A DNA stretch of 64,000 bases from Thermoplasmata archaeon (GCA_039794005.1 JBAMMA010000001.1:67779-131778); one strand, 5' to 3'. Counted from the stretch's first letter, positions 30,198 to 40,489 are shown. A program made the numbers and translations. The notes: generated from the letters alone by a model not told the origin.

Positions 30198-30868
30198 ATT
30201 AATAGATATGCAAAAAATGAACTTAAAGTTATTGAAAATATATTAACTTCATGTTTATTCATCAAATTTCTATTTTCAAGCAGGGCTCCCAATAAACTAT
30301 CTAAATTTGATGAAATAAATCCAAAAATGAAAATTATCAGAAAATTATACAATGATAATTCAAAAAATATATATGCAAATACTGATATTATAAATGAACC
30401 AAAAAGTGAAGATAATTCTCCAATTATCGATATTCCACCATTCTCCCCTGTTTTTACCTTTTTTAGATTAATTATGTTGTATGTGTTCTTAGATAGAATT
30501 CCAATTTCTCCGGCCAATGTATCAGCTAGTGCAGCTGCTACGGAAACTGAGAATACCGTTTCCTTTGTAATAATTTTCATAGGTAATAATACAACAATTG
30601 CTGGAACTAGACCTTTAGATATTACGCTTTTGTAAGATCTTATTACATCATCGTTTTTATATTCTACCTTGAATTTTGAAAATATGTATGAAATAAATAC
30701 AAATATTATTAATAAAATTAAAAAATATATATTACTTAAAAAGTATATTTCTAAACCAATAATTAAAGATAGTAATGAGGCTTTAAAGTCTAAAATTTTC
30801 AATAATACAGTTAAAATAAATATAAGCAATAAAAATATTAAAATAAAAATTAAATATAGATTATTCAT
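30194..30868 (-). CDS. DUF92/TMEM19-like integral membrane protein
   Basis: Polytopic. 'AAALADTLAGEIG' and 'ENGGISIIGELSSLFGS' resemble the DUF92 signature as I recall it. Confidence 0.55.
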   Translation of the reverse strand: MNNLYLIFILIFLLLIFILTVLLKILDFKASLLSLIIGLEIYFLSNIYFLILLIIFVFISYIFSKFKVEYKNDDVIRSYKSVISKGLVPAIVVLLPMKIITKETVFSVSVAAALADTLAGEIGILSKNTYNIINLKKVKTGENGGISIIGELSSLFGSFIISVFAYIFFELSLYNFLIIFIFGFISSNLDSLLGALLENRNLMNKHEVNIFSITLSSFFAYLLI

Positions 30869-31278
30869 AGAATGCTGAGCTCCTTTAAGTTGGTTTTCTC
30901 GTTGTAATTTCTTTTGAATTCTATACCAGAATCGATTATTGTTAATTCAAGTAATGGGTCAACCTTACCTGAAATCAAATGCCCACCAATTATTTTGTGA
31001 TCAGGCCCAGCCAATGCTGCATGTATATGTAAAATAGGTTCTGTTGAGCTTATGCTTCCATGAAAAGATACCAATTCATGGTTCTTCTCCATGAATAACT
31101 CTTCATATTGTTTTCCATTCCAATACCCAATCTTAAATTCTTTTAACATGCCTATACCCGTTAAAATAATACCTCCCTTTATGTTTTCTTCTTTAGTCAA
31201 TTCGATTATTGAATCAAAAACATCCTCATCCTTTTTTAATACTGCATAGATCATATTGTTTATTCTTCTATGTTCCAT
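30865..31278 (-). CDS. PPC (DUF296) domain protein
   Basis: 'GGIILTGIGMLKEF', 'HIHAALAG.D...IGGHL'. I prefer the ATG at 31278, which is preceded by AGGTGAT, over the track's GTG at 31287. Confidence 0.65.
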   Translation of the reverse strand: MEHRRINNMIYAVLKKDEDVFDSIIELTKEENIKGGIILTGIGMLKEFKIGYWNGKQYEELFMEKNHELVSFHGSISSTEPILHIHAALAGPDHKIIGGHLISGKVDPLLELTIIDSGIEFKRNYNEKTNLKELSIL

Positions 31279-31282
31279 ATCA

Positions 31283-31289
31283 ATCACCT
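31283..31289 (-). promoter_or_regulatory. Shine-Dalgarno-like AGGTGAT overlapping the upstream stop codon
   Basis: Reverse complement reads AGGTGATTGATATG, with 4-nt spacing to the ATG at 31278. Confidence 0.45.
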
Positions 31290-31673
31290 GTAAAATGTAT
31301 ATCTCTTAGGTAATCTTAATTTTATCCCCGTCCAATACTGACAGAATTCACATCTTTTTCCTACGTATACCTTATTACCGTCCAATGTATAGTTATAAAT
31401 ATCTTTTAATTCGCTATTACAAATAGGGCATTTTTTTAAATTTTCAGAACTCTTATCCATTTCTTTATATTCAATGTTTACTTTTATTTTCATATCCCTT
31501 ATTGCAATTATCCTTAATCTTTTTGGACTAATTTTTATATTTTTGTCAATTTTATTTAATTCATTTTTTATTAATTCATACAATATTTTTTGCGAGGGAA
31601 TTTCAGGATATTCTTCAAATATTTTATTCAATAAACTTTTTATTAAATCAACTTTTGCTAAATTGTATGTCAT
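31284..31673 (-). CDS. Hypothetical protein with C-terminal CxxC...CxxC zinc ribbon
   Basis: 'CPICNS...CEFCQ'. First gene of a tightly coupled five-gene string. Confidence 0.5.
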   Translation of the reverse strand: MTYNLAKVDLIKSLLNKIFEEYPEIPSQKILYELIKNELNKIDKNIKISPKRLRIIAIRDMKIKVNIEYKEMDKSSENLKKCPICNSELKDIYNYTLDGNKVYVGKRCEFCQYWTGIKLRLPKRYTFYR

Positions 31674-31717
31674 TCAATATAATTAAATAAATATAGTATA
31701 AAAATATTTCAAAATAT

Positions 31718-32416
31718 ATGTATTTAATAAAATTTTCCTACTATGGTCCAGCATTTGAATCATTTTCAGAAATCAAAGGTAAATTAACGGTATCTGGAAT
31801 TATAAAAGAACATATCTCAAAATTTTGCAAGGAATACGGGATAAAATTTTCAAGTAGAACCGATAGAAATGTTAGCGCAATATCGAATTCATTTGGATTA
31901 ATATGTGATAGGGATATCGATATATTAATGAAATATCTGAATATATTAAGAGTGCCAATATTCTTCCATTCTTACGCAATCGTAGATGATGATTTTAATC
32001 CTAGGCATGCAAAATGCAGAAAATACATATATTTATATGAGAAGGAAATAGAAATGGACGAACAAATTATCAGGAGAATTCAAGAATTGATCGGTAAAAA
32101 AGATTTTTCTGAATTTTCTAGATTTGATAACAGGAACCCCATTCGGAATGTGATGGATATAAAGGTAAATAAACATAATGGAATTACATCTTTTGAAATA
32201 ACCGGCGAAAATTTTCTATGGAATCAGGTAAGAAGAATGGTCGGTTACATAATTTTTGGCAAAAAAAATTTATTGATGAAGGCCGAAAATCTCATATTAA
32301 AAGATGTCTGCTATGATTTTGAATTCAAAAAGATAAATCTAGAAAATAAAAATTTGGAAAAATTCTATTTGGATTTTTTAATAAAGCAAATGATTCTGGA
32401 ATTTTTAAAAGGGTAG
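31718..32416 (+). CDS. truA: tRNA pseudouridine synthase A (TruA/Pus1 family), short form
   Basis: 'SSRTDRNVSA' corresponds to the catalytic 'GRTD.GVHA' motif, and 'FLWNQVRRMVG' corresponds to 'FL..MVR..VG'. Confidence 0.7.
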   Translation: MYLIKFSYYGPAFESFSEIKGKLTVSGIIKEHISKFCKEYGIKFSSRTDRNVSAISNSFGLICDRDIDILMKYLNILRVPIFFHSYAIVDDDFNPRHAKCRKYIYLYEKEIEMDEQIIRRIQELIGKKDFSEFSRFDNRNPIRNVMDIKVNKHNGITSFEITGENFLWNQVRRMVGYIIFGKKNLLMKAENLILKDVCYDFEFKKINLENKNLEKFYLDFLIKQMILEFLKG

Positions 32417-32481
32417 GAGGGGAATCGAACCCCTTTAAACGAGATCTGCAGTCTCGCGCATAACCACTCTGCCACCTACCC
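32410..32481 (-). tRNA. tRNA-Cys (anticodon GCA), discriminator U73
   Basis: Reverse complement folds by hand: acceptor GGGTAGG/CCTACCC, anticodon stem CGAGA/TCTCG, loop CTGCAGA, T arm AGGGG-TTCGATT-CCCCT. The next base is T, matching the U73 identity element of tRNA-Cys. Confidence 0.9.
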
Positions 32482-32505
32482 ATTTAAATAAATTATTACT
32501 GAATT

Positions 32506-32997
32506 TTAAAAATTTCGCTTCCTTTTATTTTTCTTTTTTAACCTTGTTAAAATCAATTCTGAACCGCAGTAGGGGCAATTCATATAATTTTTTCTGTAAA
32601 TTCTTTTACATCCTTTGCATTTATAAACCCAAATGTATACATCTTTAATACCTTCTTGAGAAAATGTCATATATTCTAAATTTAAAAATTTTAAAACGTT
32701 TTGTATCGCATAATCATCTGTAACAACAGTATATCCGTATTTTATTGCAGCTGATATTAATTCTAAGTCAGTTTTTGACAATTTTTCAAAAATTCCAGTT
32801 TTTTTAGCAGTTTCGATTGCTTTTTTTAAGCTTTCATCGTCTATTTCTAAGATTTTGATGTTTTCTAAAATAGGATAATATTCTCTGTTTAATTTAATTT
32901 CATTAATTACACTCTCTATTGTAAAGGTCTCAACATCTGTAGGAAATGGTTTTCCTGATATTATCGCAGATGTATCCAATATTAATTTTTTCCCCAT
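32506..32997 (-). CDS. nob1: Nob1-like PIN-domain endoribonuclease with C-terminal zinc ribbon
   Basis: 'LILDTSAII' PIN start, 'VVTDDYAIQN', then 'CKGC...CPYCGS'. Confidence 0.75.
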   Translation of the reverse strand: MGKKLILDTSAIISGKPFPTDVETFTIESVINEIKLNREYYPILENIKILEIDDESLKKAIETAKKTGIFEKLSKTDLELISAAIKYGYTVVTDDYAIQNVLKFLNLEYMTFSQEGIKDVYIWVYKCKGCKRIYRKNYMNCPYCGSELILTRLKKKNKRKRNF

Positions 32998-33527
32998 ATC
33001 GAATGTTCAGTATATTCCCCAATCTCATCCATTATTTTATAGACCATAAAATCTATTAGATCATCCAAACTTTTTGGTTTAAAATAAAATCCCGGAGAGG
33101 CGGGCATTATTATTACACCAAGGTCTGAAAGCTTTTTTAGGTTTTCCAGATGTATTGATGATATTGGTGTTTCTCTGAACAACAAAACTATTTTTCTTCT
33201 TTCTTTTAAAGCTACTTGAAATGTTCGTGTAGTTAGCGTATCTGAAATTCCGGATGAAAATTTTGCTATTAGATCCATAGAAGCTGGTAAGACAGCATAG
33301 ACATCATATTTGAATCCTCCTGATGCTAATGGGGAGTTGAAATCATCATCTTCGTAATAATAGTTTGCTAAATTTTTTATATAATTGATGTCATATTCTG
33401 TTTCTTCCTTTATTATTCTTTTTGCCATTTTGGTTATGATCAAATACTTTTCTGATTTCAATTTTTCTAATACCTTAATTCCATAAATCACCCCTGAAGC
33501 TGCACCAATTGAGATTACAACCTTCAT
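32982..33527 (-). CDS. ubiX: Flavin prenyltransferase UbiX/Pad1 family
   Basis: 'KVVISIGAASGVIYG', 'LPASMDLIAKFS.GISD.L..R' and 'RETP.S..HL.N'. Confidence 0.85.
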   Translation of the reverse strand: MKVVISIGAASGVIYGIKVLEKLKSEKYLIITKMAKRIIKEETEYDINYIKNLANYYYEDDDFNSPLASGGFKYDVYAVLPASMDLIAKFSSGISDTLTTRTFQVALKERRKIVLLFRETPISSIHLENLKKLSDLGVIIMPASPGFYFKPKSLDDLIDFMVYKIMDEIGEYTEHSIWGKN

Positions 33528-34479
33528 ATTTTTATTATCACCTTGATTTTAATTATTAATTATTAAATTTTAAATTTTTTTAATTCAAATTAATTTGAAT
33601 GAACATATTGTTATTGATATTTCTTTCTAAAAATTCATGTTCAAAATGAGATGTTTTATCTGTTATGATAAAAATTAAGATCAATTCTTCTAAAATTCAA
33701 GATTTTCTTAAGCAGATCAGAGAATTTTTTATCGATTAAGTTTAGGCTGATTCTTTTTTCTAACTGATTTTACAATTCAGAATCATGTGAAGTCTGATAA
33801 AGTTATCATGGATCATATGTCCCACAATTATTGGTTTATTTTAAACATTCAATTTTTCCATAAATTTCTATCCATTTCATATTGTTTTATTTAATCTTTT
33901 AACCTTTAATGGGATATCATATATTGAAATTGTAAAAATTTCAAATGATAAAATGGATACCTCGAGAGCAATATAAAATAAAAAGAATCAAGCACGATTA
34001 AATTACAGAGATCGATGATTTTGTAAAAATTTTTTAATGAGAAGAGTTTTACTAGGCAACAATGATCGGAGAAAATAATGTTAATAGGAAATAAATATGA
34101 ATCTTGCTCTTAAATAAAATTTGATAAGATTTTTTTATTCCATTTGAAATTAACGAACAATTTATTTCGACAGGGTGTTTTGTCATCATATTAAATGAAG
34201 ATTTTACCTTTAAGATTTTTTAAAATTATTATTTGTGGAGGGTAATGATGAGAGAATTTATGTAAGAATTATTCACCTTGAGAAAGTGATAGAAGAAAGG
34301 ATATTGAATAATAGAGATAAACTCAAAAAGAGCATAGAAAAGTTTTGAGGTAAATAAAGTTTATAAAATTTGATTAATTATATAGAATTATAATAGCACC
34401 ATGGTGCAGAACCTTCAATACAAGATCTTAGGATTTGACGGAAATTAAGAGTTAAAAAATTAAACAACATCTATTAAAA

Positions 34480-35469
34480 TCAAATAATTCCTTCTTTTAT
34501 CCATTTTGCATAGTCTTTTGCATGATATGTTATAATGATATCCGCCCCTGCCCTTTTGATAGAAGTTAGTATTTCTCTTACTACAGAAATTTCGTCCAAA
34601 TATCCTGCCATACTAGCAGATTTTACCATGCTATATTCCCCACTAACATTATATGCCGCTATTGGTAATTTAAAGTTTTCCCTTGCCATCCTTATAATAT
34701 CTAAATAAAACATAGCCGGTTTAACCATTATTATATCAGCGCCCTCTAAAATGTCCAACTCAATTTCTCTCATGGCCTCTCTGGCGTTGGAATAATTCAT
34801 CTGATATGTTTTTCTATCGCCAAATTTAGGAGCAGAGTCAGCAGCATCTCTGAATGGTGAATATAAAGATGAAGAATATTTCGCACTATATGCCATAATT
34901 GGAAGATATTCATACCCATTTTTATCCAATATTTCCCTAATGGCCTTTACCTGGCCATCCATCATTCCGCTTGGTGCTATGACATCCACACCACTCTCGG
35001 CATAGCTAATTGCAATTTTTTGATATATTTCAAGGGTATTATCATTCATTATTTTACCATCAGAAATTATTCCACAATGTCCATGAGAGGTGTATTCACA
35101 CATACACAAATCAGCCATAACGAGTAGATCAGATTCATTTTTTATTTTTTTTATTGCTTTTTGGATTATTCCATTTTTATCATATGCACTAGATGCTTTT
35201 TCGTCTTTGCATGATGGTATTCCAAAAAGTAGAACAGCTTTGATTCCTAATTCTTCCAATTCCTTTATTTCATCAGTTAATTTTTCCAGAGGAAATCTGT
35301 AAATCCCTGGCATTGAATTTATCTCCTTTTTATTTTTTATGTTTTCATCGATAAATAAGGGATAGATAAAGTCTTCAATTTCAACACATGTTTCTTCCAC
35401 CATTCTTCTAAGTATTGGATTTTCCCTAAGTCTTCTCATTCTTATGGTAGGAAACATGTTAATCACCAA
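34480..35469 (-). CDS. hemB: Porphobilinogen synthase (delta-aminolevulinate dehydratase)
   Basis: 'RMRRLR', '[14 protein letters not shown]' cysteine-rich Zn site, 'VMVKPA' Schiff-base Lys and 'AYNVSGEY'. Confidence 0.95.
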   Translation of the reverse strand: MVINMFPTIRMRRLRENPILRRMVEETCVEIEDFIYPLFIDENIKNKKEINSMPGIYRFPLEKLTDEIKELEELGIKAVLLFGIPSCKDEKASSAYDKNGIIQKAIKKIKNESDLLVMADLCMCEYTSHGHCGIISDGKIMNDNTLEIYQKIAISYAESGVDVIAPSGMMDGQVKAIREILDKNGYEYLPIMAYSAKYSSSLYSPFRDAADSAPKFGDRKTYQMNYSNAREAMREIELDILEGADIIMVKPAMFYLDIIRMARENFKLPIAAYNVSGEYSMVKSASMAGYLDEISVVREILTSIKRAGADIIITYHAKDYAKWIKEGII

Positions 35470-36619
35470 ATATTTTCTTCAGAAATTCCAGATCTTCATT
35501 TTTTAAATATTTTTCTTGTGATTTCAAATTTTTTATTATATTCAAATAAATCCTTTTTATTATTGAATTACCGTAAATCTGCAAAATTTCCCTTGAATTT
35601 TCACCAAGATATTTTATGGCCTTTTTTATTTCCTCATCCCTAATTTTTTCAGCCCTTTTAAACATATCAGAAATTATTTCCTCGATTTCGAGTGAGAGAA
35701 TTTTATTTTCTATTTGAGGTAATTTTTCCTCTATTATTTTTTCAGCCTTTAACATTTCTTCCTTTCTTCTTGTTATATTTTTATTTACAAAATTTTTAAT
35801 ATAATCAAGATCTATATATTCTCTATCATTTAATTTTTCTATGTTCCTTGGATTACCAAGATCCATGACGATATAGGGCTTTGGTAAATTAAAATTATCA
35901 TTTTTTAAAAATGGTGCTTGTATAGATATAGCAGATATAAGCGCATCATATTCATGAATCCTATTTCTTAAATTTTCTATAAAATCGATATGAACTTTGT
36001 ATTCCCTTTTAATGAGGTCCAACTTTTCTTTATTTCTTCCAAAAACTGTAATTTCGTATTCTTTATCACTTAAATATTTAAGAAGAGAATGTGCAACTTT
36101 ACCAGTTCCAATAATACAAATCTTTCCATTTTTTGTAAAATCTTCTAGGATTTTAACTGCTGCTTGGGGTATTGATACTATACCGTTTCCAATCATGGTT
36201 TCCGATCTTATTATCTTTGATATGTTAAGCGATTTCATGAAAATGTAATTAATGATTTTTCCAGAAGTATGATTTTTCATTGAATTATTAAGTGCTTCTT
36301 TTACTTGCCTTTGTACATCTTGTTCACCCGGTATCATCGAATCCATTCCTGAAGATACTTTTATTATATGCCTTACAGCATCCATATCATAGAGGACTTT
36401 TGCCTCACCGTATTTTTCAAATAATTTTTTTATATCTTCAGTGGGATCATTTTTAGGTACAATGTAAATCTCTAGTCTATTACAAGTTCTTAAAATTAAA
36501 ATTTCTTTAAAGCTATTTTTGAAATTATTAATAATCAAATCGTCATTCAAAGATGTCCATTTTTCCAATGATAGCAAATCCATCTCCCTGTAACTTGCAA
36601 CCACACTAACTAAAAACAT
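35459..36619 (-). CDS. hemA: Glutamyl-tRNA reductase
   Basis: '[10 protein letters not shown]' catalytic Cys, 'GE.QV..QVK' and the NADPH site 'IIGTGKVA'. Confidence 0.9.
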   Translation of the reverse strand: MFLVSVVASYREMDLLSLEKWTSLNDDLIINNFKNSFKEILILRTCNRLEIYIVPKNDPTEDIKKLFEKYGEAKVLYDMDAVRHIIKVSSGMDSMIPGEQDVQRQVKEALNNSMKNHTSGKIINYIFMKSLNISKIIRSETMIGNGIVSIPQAAVKILEDFTKNGKICIIGTGKVAHSLLKYLSDKEYEITVFGRNKEKLDLIKREYKVHIDFIENLRNRIHEYDALISAISIQAPFLKNDNFNLPKPYIVMDLGNPRNIEKLNDREYIDLDYIKNFVNKNITRRKEEMLKAEKIIEEKLPQIENKILSLEIEEIISDMFKRAEKIRDEEIKKAIKYLGENSREILQIYGNSIIKRIYLNIIKNLKSQEKYLKNEDLEFLKKIFGD

Positions 36620-37238
36620 TCATCCCCCTCCACAGAGACATGGCATATTCATATGCATGATCCAATTCTTCATTTTTTATATATTTCCAAAAATCTTCAG
36701 AATCCAACAATTTTTTAAAAAATTCTCTTCTTTTTTCCTGATCATGGGAATCAAGTGATTTTCTAATTTTTTCCAAGACATCCAAAGATTTAGAATATTC
36801 TTCTATTTGCGTAGATAAACGATCTCTTATAAATGAAGAAAGTGCAGGGACTCTTCCAGAAGTTGATATTGCCAATATAATTCCATTTTTTTCAATAAAT
36901 GCTGGAAATATCATTCTGCTCTTTTTATCATCTACAAGATTAAATATTTTTCTTTTTTCAATGCATACTTCCATTATCATAGAATTTATTTTTTTATCGT
37001 TTGTTGCTATTATAACTAAATCAGCATTTAAAATATATTCAAGTACATCATCCTTCTTTTCAATCTTTTTTCTTACTTTTTTTACATTTAATCTTTCTAT
37101 TTCTTCTATAAAGTCTTCTGAGACTACTGTTATATCTGAACCCAAAAAATATTCCAATTTTCTATATGCTACTCTTCCACCACCAAAAATAACAACATTT
37201 ATTTTTTCTAGGTCCAACAAAATTGGAATGTATGACAT
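36606..37238 (-). CDS. Precorrin-2 dehydrogenase / sirohydrochlorin ferrochelatase (SirC/Met8p/CysG-N type)
   Basis: 'VVIFGGGRVAYRKL' Rossmann fold, 'IATND', 'FPAF', 'ISTSG..P'. Confidence 0.8.
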   Translation of the reverse strand: MSYIPILLDLEKINVVIFGGGRVAYRKLEYFLGSDITVVSEDFIEEIERLNVKKVRKKIEKKDDVLEYILNADLVIIATNDKKINSMIMEVCIEKRKIFNLVDDKKSRMIFPAFIEKNGIILAISTSGRVPALSSFIRDRLSTQIEEYSKSLDVLEKIRKSLDSHDQEKRREFFKKLLDSEDFWKYIKNEELDHAYEYAMSLWRGMNVFS

Positions 37239-37242
37239 TTTA

Positions 37243-37656
37243 TCATTTCCTAAGATTCTTTACTGTTTTCATAATTTCGAATTTAACATTCATTTCAGAT
37301 AATTTTTCAGCAAAATTTTTCAATTCATTTTCATCATGGAAATGACACATAGCAAAATAGTCGTAAGGAAAATTAATGTTTTTTTCCCTCACATAAAGAT
37401 GTGTTATTTTTGTTGATGAAATTATTTTATCTATTTTATTTTCATCCTCAAGTGCCATGGCTATAAGCGCACTCATATTATATCCTAATTTTTCATAGTT
37501 CAATAATGCTCTAAATTTTATTATCTCTCCTTCATTTACTAATTTTTTAAGGATATCTATGAGTTCTTTTTTCTCAATTCCCAAGGATTTTGCAAAATCC
37601 CCGTATGGATCATCTGATATGGGTATACCTTTCTTTAATTTTGATATATCAATCAT
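37243..37656 (-). CDS. Siroheme decarboxylase subunit (AhbA/AhbB, NirD/L/G/H-like Lrp/AsnC fold)
   Basis: A short wHTH followed by an AsnC-type ligand domain. Sits within the ahb/hem cluster. 4-nt overlap with its paralogue. Confidence 0.7.
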   Translation of the reverse strand: MIDISKLKKGIPISDDPYGDFAKSLGIEKKELIDILKKLVNEGEIIKFRALLNYEKLGYNMSALIAMALEDENKIDKIISSTKITHLYVREKNINFPYDYFAMCHFHDENELKNFAEKLSEMNVKFEIMKTVKNLRK

Positions 37657-38129
37657 AGTTGCACCTCAAATTCCGTGTTTAATTTTATTGCTCTTACTGT
37701 TTTGAAAATCAAATAGTTTTTTGAATTCAATTTTTCAGCAATTTCTTTCACCTGTTTTTCAATCTCTTCATAATTTTTTGCCATAACTGTAAACCAAACA
37801 TTATAATAATGTTCCCTTAAATAGTTATGAGATACATTTTCATATGAATTTATTAGATTAGCCGCATTTTCTATTTTTTCTTTTTCTACATTCATTGCCA
37901 CTAAAGCCCTTTCATATCTATCATAATTTTTTAATGGAATTTTTGGTATAATTTTTTTAATGTATCCATTTTTATAAAGATTTATTATTTTTTCTTTTAC
38001 AGTCTCTTCCTCTAAACCAAGTGCATTTGCGATTATTTTATAAGGTCTTTCATCAATTGGAAATTCTTCTTGGATTAATTTTAAAATTTTTACATCGATA
38101 TCATCAATATTATCTTTTAAAATGGACAT
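37653..38129 (-). CDS. Siroheme decarboxylase subunit (AhbA/AhbB type), paralogue of the downstream gene
   Basis: 'DVKILKLIQEEFPIDERPY' wHTH. I prefer Met22 of the track ORF (MSILKDN...) as the start. The 21-codon extension lies inside the upstream radical SAM gene. Confidence 0.7.
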   Translation of the reverse strand: MSILKDNIDDIDVKILKLIQEEFPIDERPYKIIANALGLEEETVKEKIINLYKNGYIKKIIPKIPLKNYDRYERALVAMNVEKEKIENAANLINSYENVSHNYLREHYYNVWFTVMAKNYEEIEKQVKEIAEKLNSKNYLIFKTVRAIKLNTEFEVQL

Positions 38130-39190
38130 GCGGGATCCTCCTGGAGGTAATCTCCATATACAGCATAAGCTCTTGCCCTCGAACCACCACAAATATCCCT
38201 AAATTCACATCTTCCACACTTTCCTTTTAACATATTGGGATTCTTAAGATCATTGAATATTTTAGAATTTTTGTAAACATTTTTTATGTTATCTTTTCTT
38301 ACATTTCCCGCTATGATGGGCAAAAAACCGGTAGGCTGAATTTCACCTACGTGAGAAATGAAGATTGTACCTCTTCCATCGGTAACACCCATGTTATTAA
38401 CATCCTTTGTAATGGGTAATGGCTTCTTTATCATATCTATACCAGAATGTTTTATTAGATATTCAAAAAGGTTTCCCTTATCTAATGGACCAGATATCTT
38501 TATTCTATTATAAAAAGGAGCCTCTGTAACTTTAATCCTGAAATCCGTTGAGGTTTGAACATAATAAAGCCATGACATTACTTGCATTATTTCATCAGAA
38601 TTTAATGTTAATTCAGAAGTTGCCCTTCCAGTGGGGACTATAAAAAATAGGTCCCAGGATTTGACATTAAGATTTTTTACAAGTTTAAAAATTTCGGGCA
38701 AATCATAAATATTATGTTTTCCAACGGTGGTATTTACCTGCAAATTTACCTTTCCATCAAGATATTCTAATATTTCCATAGACTTCTTGAAAGTACCATC
38801 AACATTTCTAAATGTGTCGTGAATTTCGGCATTACTTCCATCTATACTTATTGCCACATTCTTAACTTTTTCTGATATTCTATCCAACTTTTCTTTTGTT
38901 GCAAGCACTGTACCGCTAAACGAAATGGATATGTTAAATTTGTATTTATTGAAGATATCAAGGATATCAAATATATCTTCCCTCATCAATGGATCCCCAC
39001 CGGTAATTATTAACATAGGCTTAGGATTGTTGAATTCATTAAGATCCATTGCCAATTTTTCAATTTCATCTAGATTTAATTCCAGTGGATTCCTTTTTTT
39101 CTGAGCATTAGCTCTGCAATGCCTGCATGATAGCATGCAGGCCCTTGTTACCTCGTAAAATACTATTATTGGATTTTCTGCAAAGTTCAT
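38117..39190 (-). CDS. Radical SAM/SPASM enzyme of the alternative heme pathway (AhbC/AhbD, NirJ-like)
   Basis: 'ACMLSCRHCRA' CxxxCxxC and the C-terminal 'GKCGRCEFRDICGGSRARAY' SPASM cluster. Confidence 0.75.
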   Translation of the reverse strand: MNFAENPIIVFYEVTRACMLSCRHCRANAQKKRNPLELNLDEIEKLAMDLNEFNNPKPMLIITGGDPLMREDIFDILDIFNKYKFNISISFSGTVLATKEKLDRISEKVKNVAISIDGSNAEIHDTFRNVDGTFKKSMEILEYLDGKVNLQVNTTVGKHNIYDLPEIFKLVKNLNVKSWDLFFIVPTGRATSELTLNSDEIMQVMSWLYYVQTSTDFRIKVTEAPFYNRIKISGPLDKGNLFEYLIKHSGIDMIKKPLPITKDVNNMGVTDGRGTIFISHVGEIQPTGFLPIIAGNVRKDNIKNVYKNSKIFNDLKNPNMLKGKCGRCEFRDICGGSRARAYAVYGDYLQEDPACPF

Positions 39191-40380
39191 TTAAAATCCT
39201 CCGGAATTTCAGTTTTTATTTCTTCTTCAGTTAGGTAACAATCAGGATCTTCAGACCATAAATTTCCATTGTATTTAAGTGCTCTTACCCTGAATCCTCC
39301 GCAGATGTCTTTGAAATTGCATCTTCCACATTTTCCCGTTAGTAATTCCATTTTTCTATGTCTTAAATCGTATATTATTCCAGTTTCATTTCTCCATATT
39401 TCAGAAAACTTTTTCTCTTTTACATTACCTTGTGAATAATCCCACCAAAATTGATTTGGGTGTACATTTCCCCATGGATCGATATTTCCGGCCTTTATCC
39501 CGGAATTATCACCTCCCCTCCTTTTAAGAAGTTTATATACCTCTTTTGCTCTAGGATCGTTTTCTTTTAACAATTTCAGGAAGAGATAAATACCATCTAC
39601 TGGATTATCTACAGTTAAAATCTCCATTTCTATTTTATTATCATGTATTTCATATGTTTTTTCTATCAGAAAATCTATTATTTTCCTTCTTTCTTCATTG
39701 TTTATATCTTGATTTATTGATCCCCTTCCAGAAGGTACTAAATGATAAACGCAAAATCTATCTATGTTTAATTCCTTAGAAAGCTCAAATACTTTGCTCA
39801 AATCATCTTTATTATATTTTGTAATCGTAAATCTAATTCCATTCATCATTCCTGCATTTTTAACATATTTTAAACCGGATAAAGCTTTTTCAAATGCACC
39901 ATTTACACCTCTAAAATAATCATTTTTCTTTCCATATCCATCAAGGCTAATTCCAACATATTTTACACCTGCTTCCGATAATTTAAAGGCAACAGATTCA
40001 TTTATCGTTGTTCCATTGGATGAAAGGGTAACTCTAATTCCTTTTTCATTCATGTAGGAAGAGATTGTGTAAATGTCAGGATGGAGCGTAGGTTCTCCAC
40101 CCGAAAGAATTACAACCGGCAATTTCATTTCTGCGAGATCATCTGTTATTTCAATAATCTTATCGGTTGATAGTTCATTTGGTGTTTTTATTTCCGTGGC
40201 ATTGGCATAACAATGAACGCATTTTAAATTACATTGTAGTGTAAGGTTCCAAAAAAGAACCGCAAGATCTATTTTTGTATATCTTAAAAGTTCAGGATTT
40301 GTTTCATATTTAAATCTATTTTCATCAACAGCTTTACTTACTGTTCCAGATTTGAACAATAATTGATTAAATGCAATCAT
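39187..40380 (-). CDS. Radical SAM/SPASM enzyme of the alternative heme pathway (AhbC/AhbD, NirJ-like), second paralogue
   Basis: 'QCNLKCVHCYA' and the C-terminal 'GKCGRCNFKDICGGFRVRAL'. Confidence 0.75.
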   Translation of the reverse strand: MIAFNQLLFKSGTVSKAVDENRFKYETNPELLRYTKIDLAVLFWNLTLQCNLKCVHCYANATEIKTPNELSTDKIIEITDDLAEMKLPVVILSGGEPTLHPDIYTISSYMNEKGIRVTLSSNGTTINESVAFKLSEAGVKYVGISLDGYGKKNDYFRGVNGAFEKALSGLKYVKNAGMMNGIRFTITKYNKDDLSKVFELSKELNIDRFCVYHLVPSGRGSINQDINNEERRKIIDFLIEKTYEIHDNKIEMEILTVDNPVDGIYLFLKLLKENDPRAKEVYKLLKRRGGDNSGIKAGNIDPWGNVHPNQFWWDYSQGNVKEKKFSEIWRNETGIIYDLRHRKMELLTGKCGRCNFKDICGGFRVRALKYNGNLWSEDPDCYLTEEEIKTEIPEDFK

Positions 40381-40489
40381 AACAAATACTTGTTATTATT
40401 AGAGGTATTTTAAATTTAGTAATAAAATTTTATTAATTATAATTAAAAAGATGAAAAAATAAATATGTTTGAAATTTATAAATTTCATA

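Noticed and set aside
28184-30635. Plus-strand ORFs 28184-28549, 29188-29595, 29725-29991 and 30327-30635.
   Set aside because: They are antisense to the rhomboid, apgM and DUF92 genes. No motifs. Shadow ORFs.
34245-34251. An ATGATGA box-C-like motif in the long spacer raised the possibility of a C/D box sRNA.
   Set aside because: There is no CTGA D box at the right distance, no C'/D' pair and no terminal stem. Other RTGATGA-like strings in spacers also lacked partners.
34372-34396. GATTAATTATATAGAATTATAATAG resembles Sulfolobus-type CRISPR repeats (GATTAAT..., ...TATAGAATTGAAAG).
   Set aside because: There is only a single copy. I found no periodic recurrence at the roughly 60-70 nt spacing upstream or downstream. 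A 9-mer match of this composition is expected by chance several times in 64 kb of AT-rich DNA.
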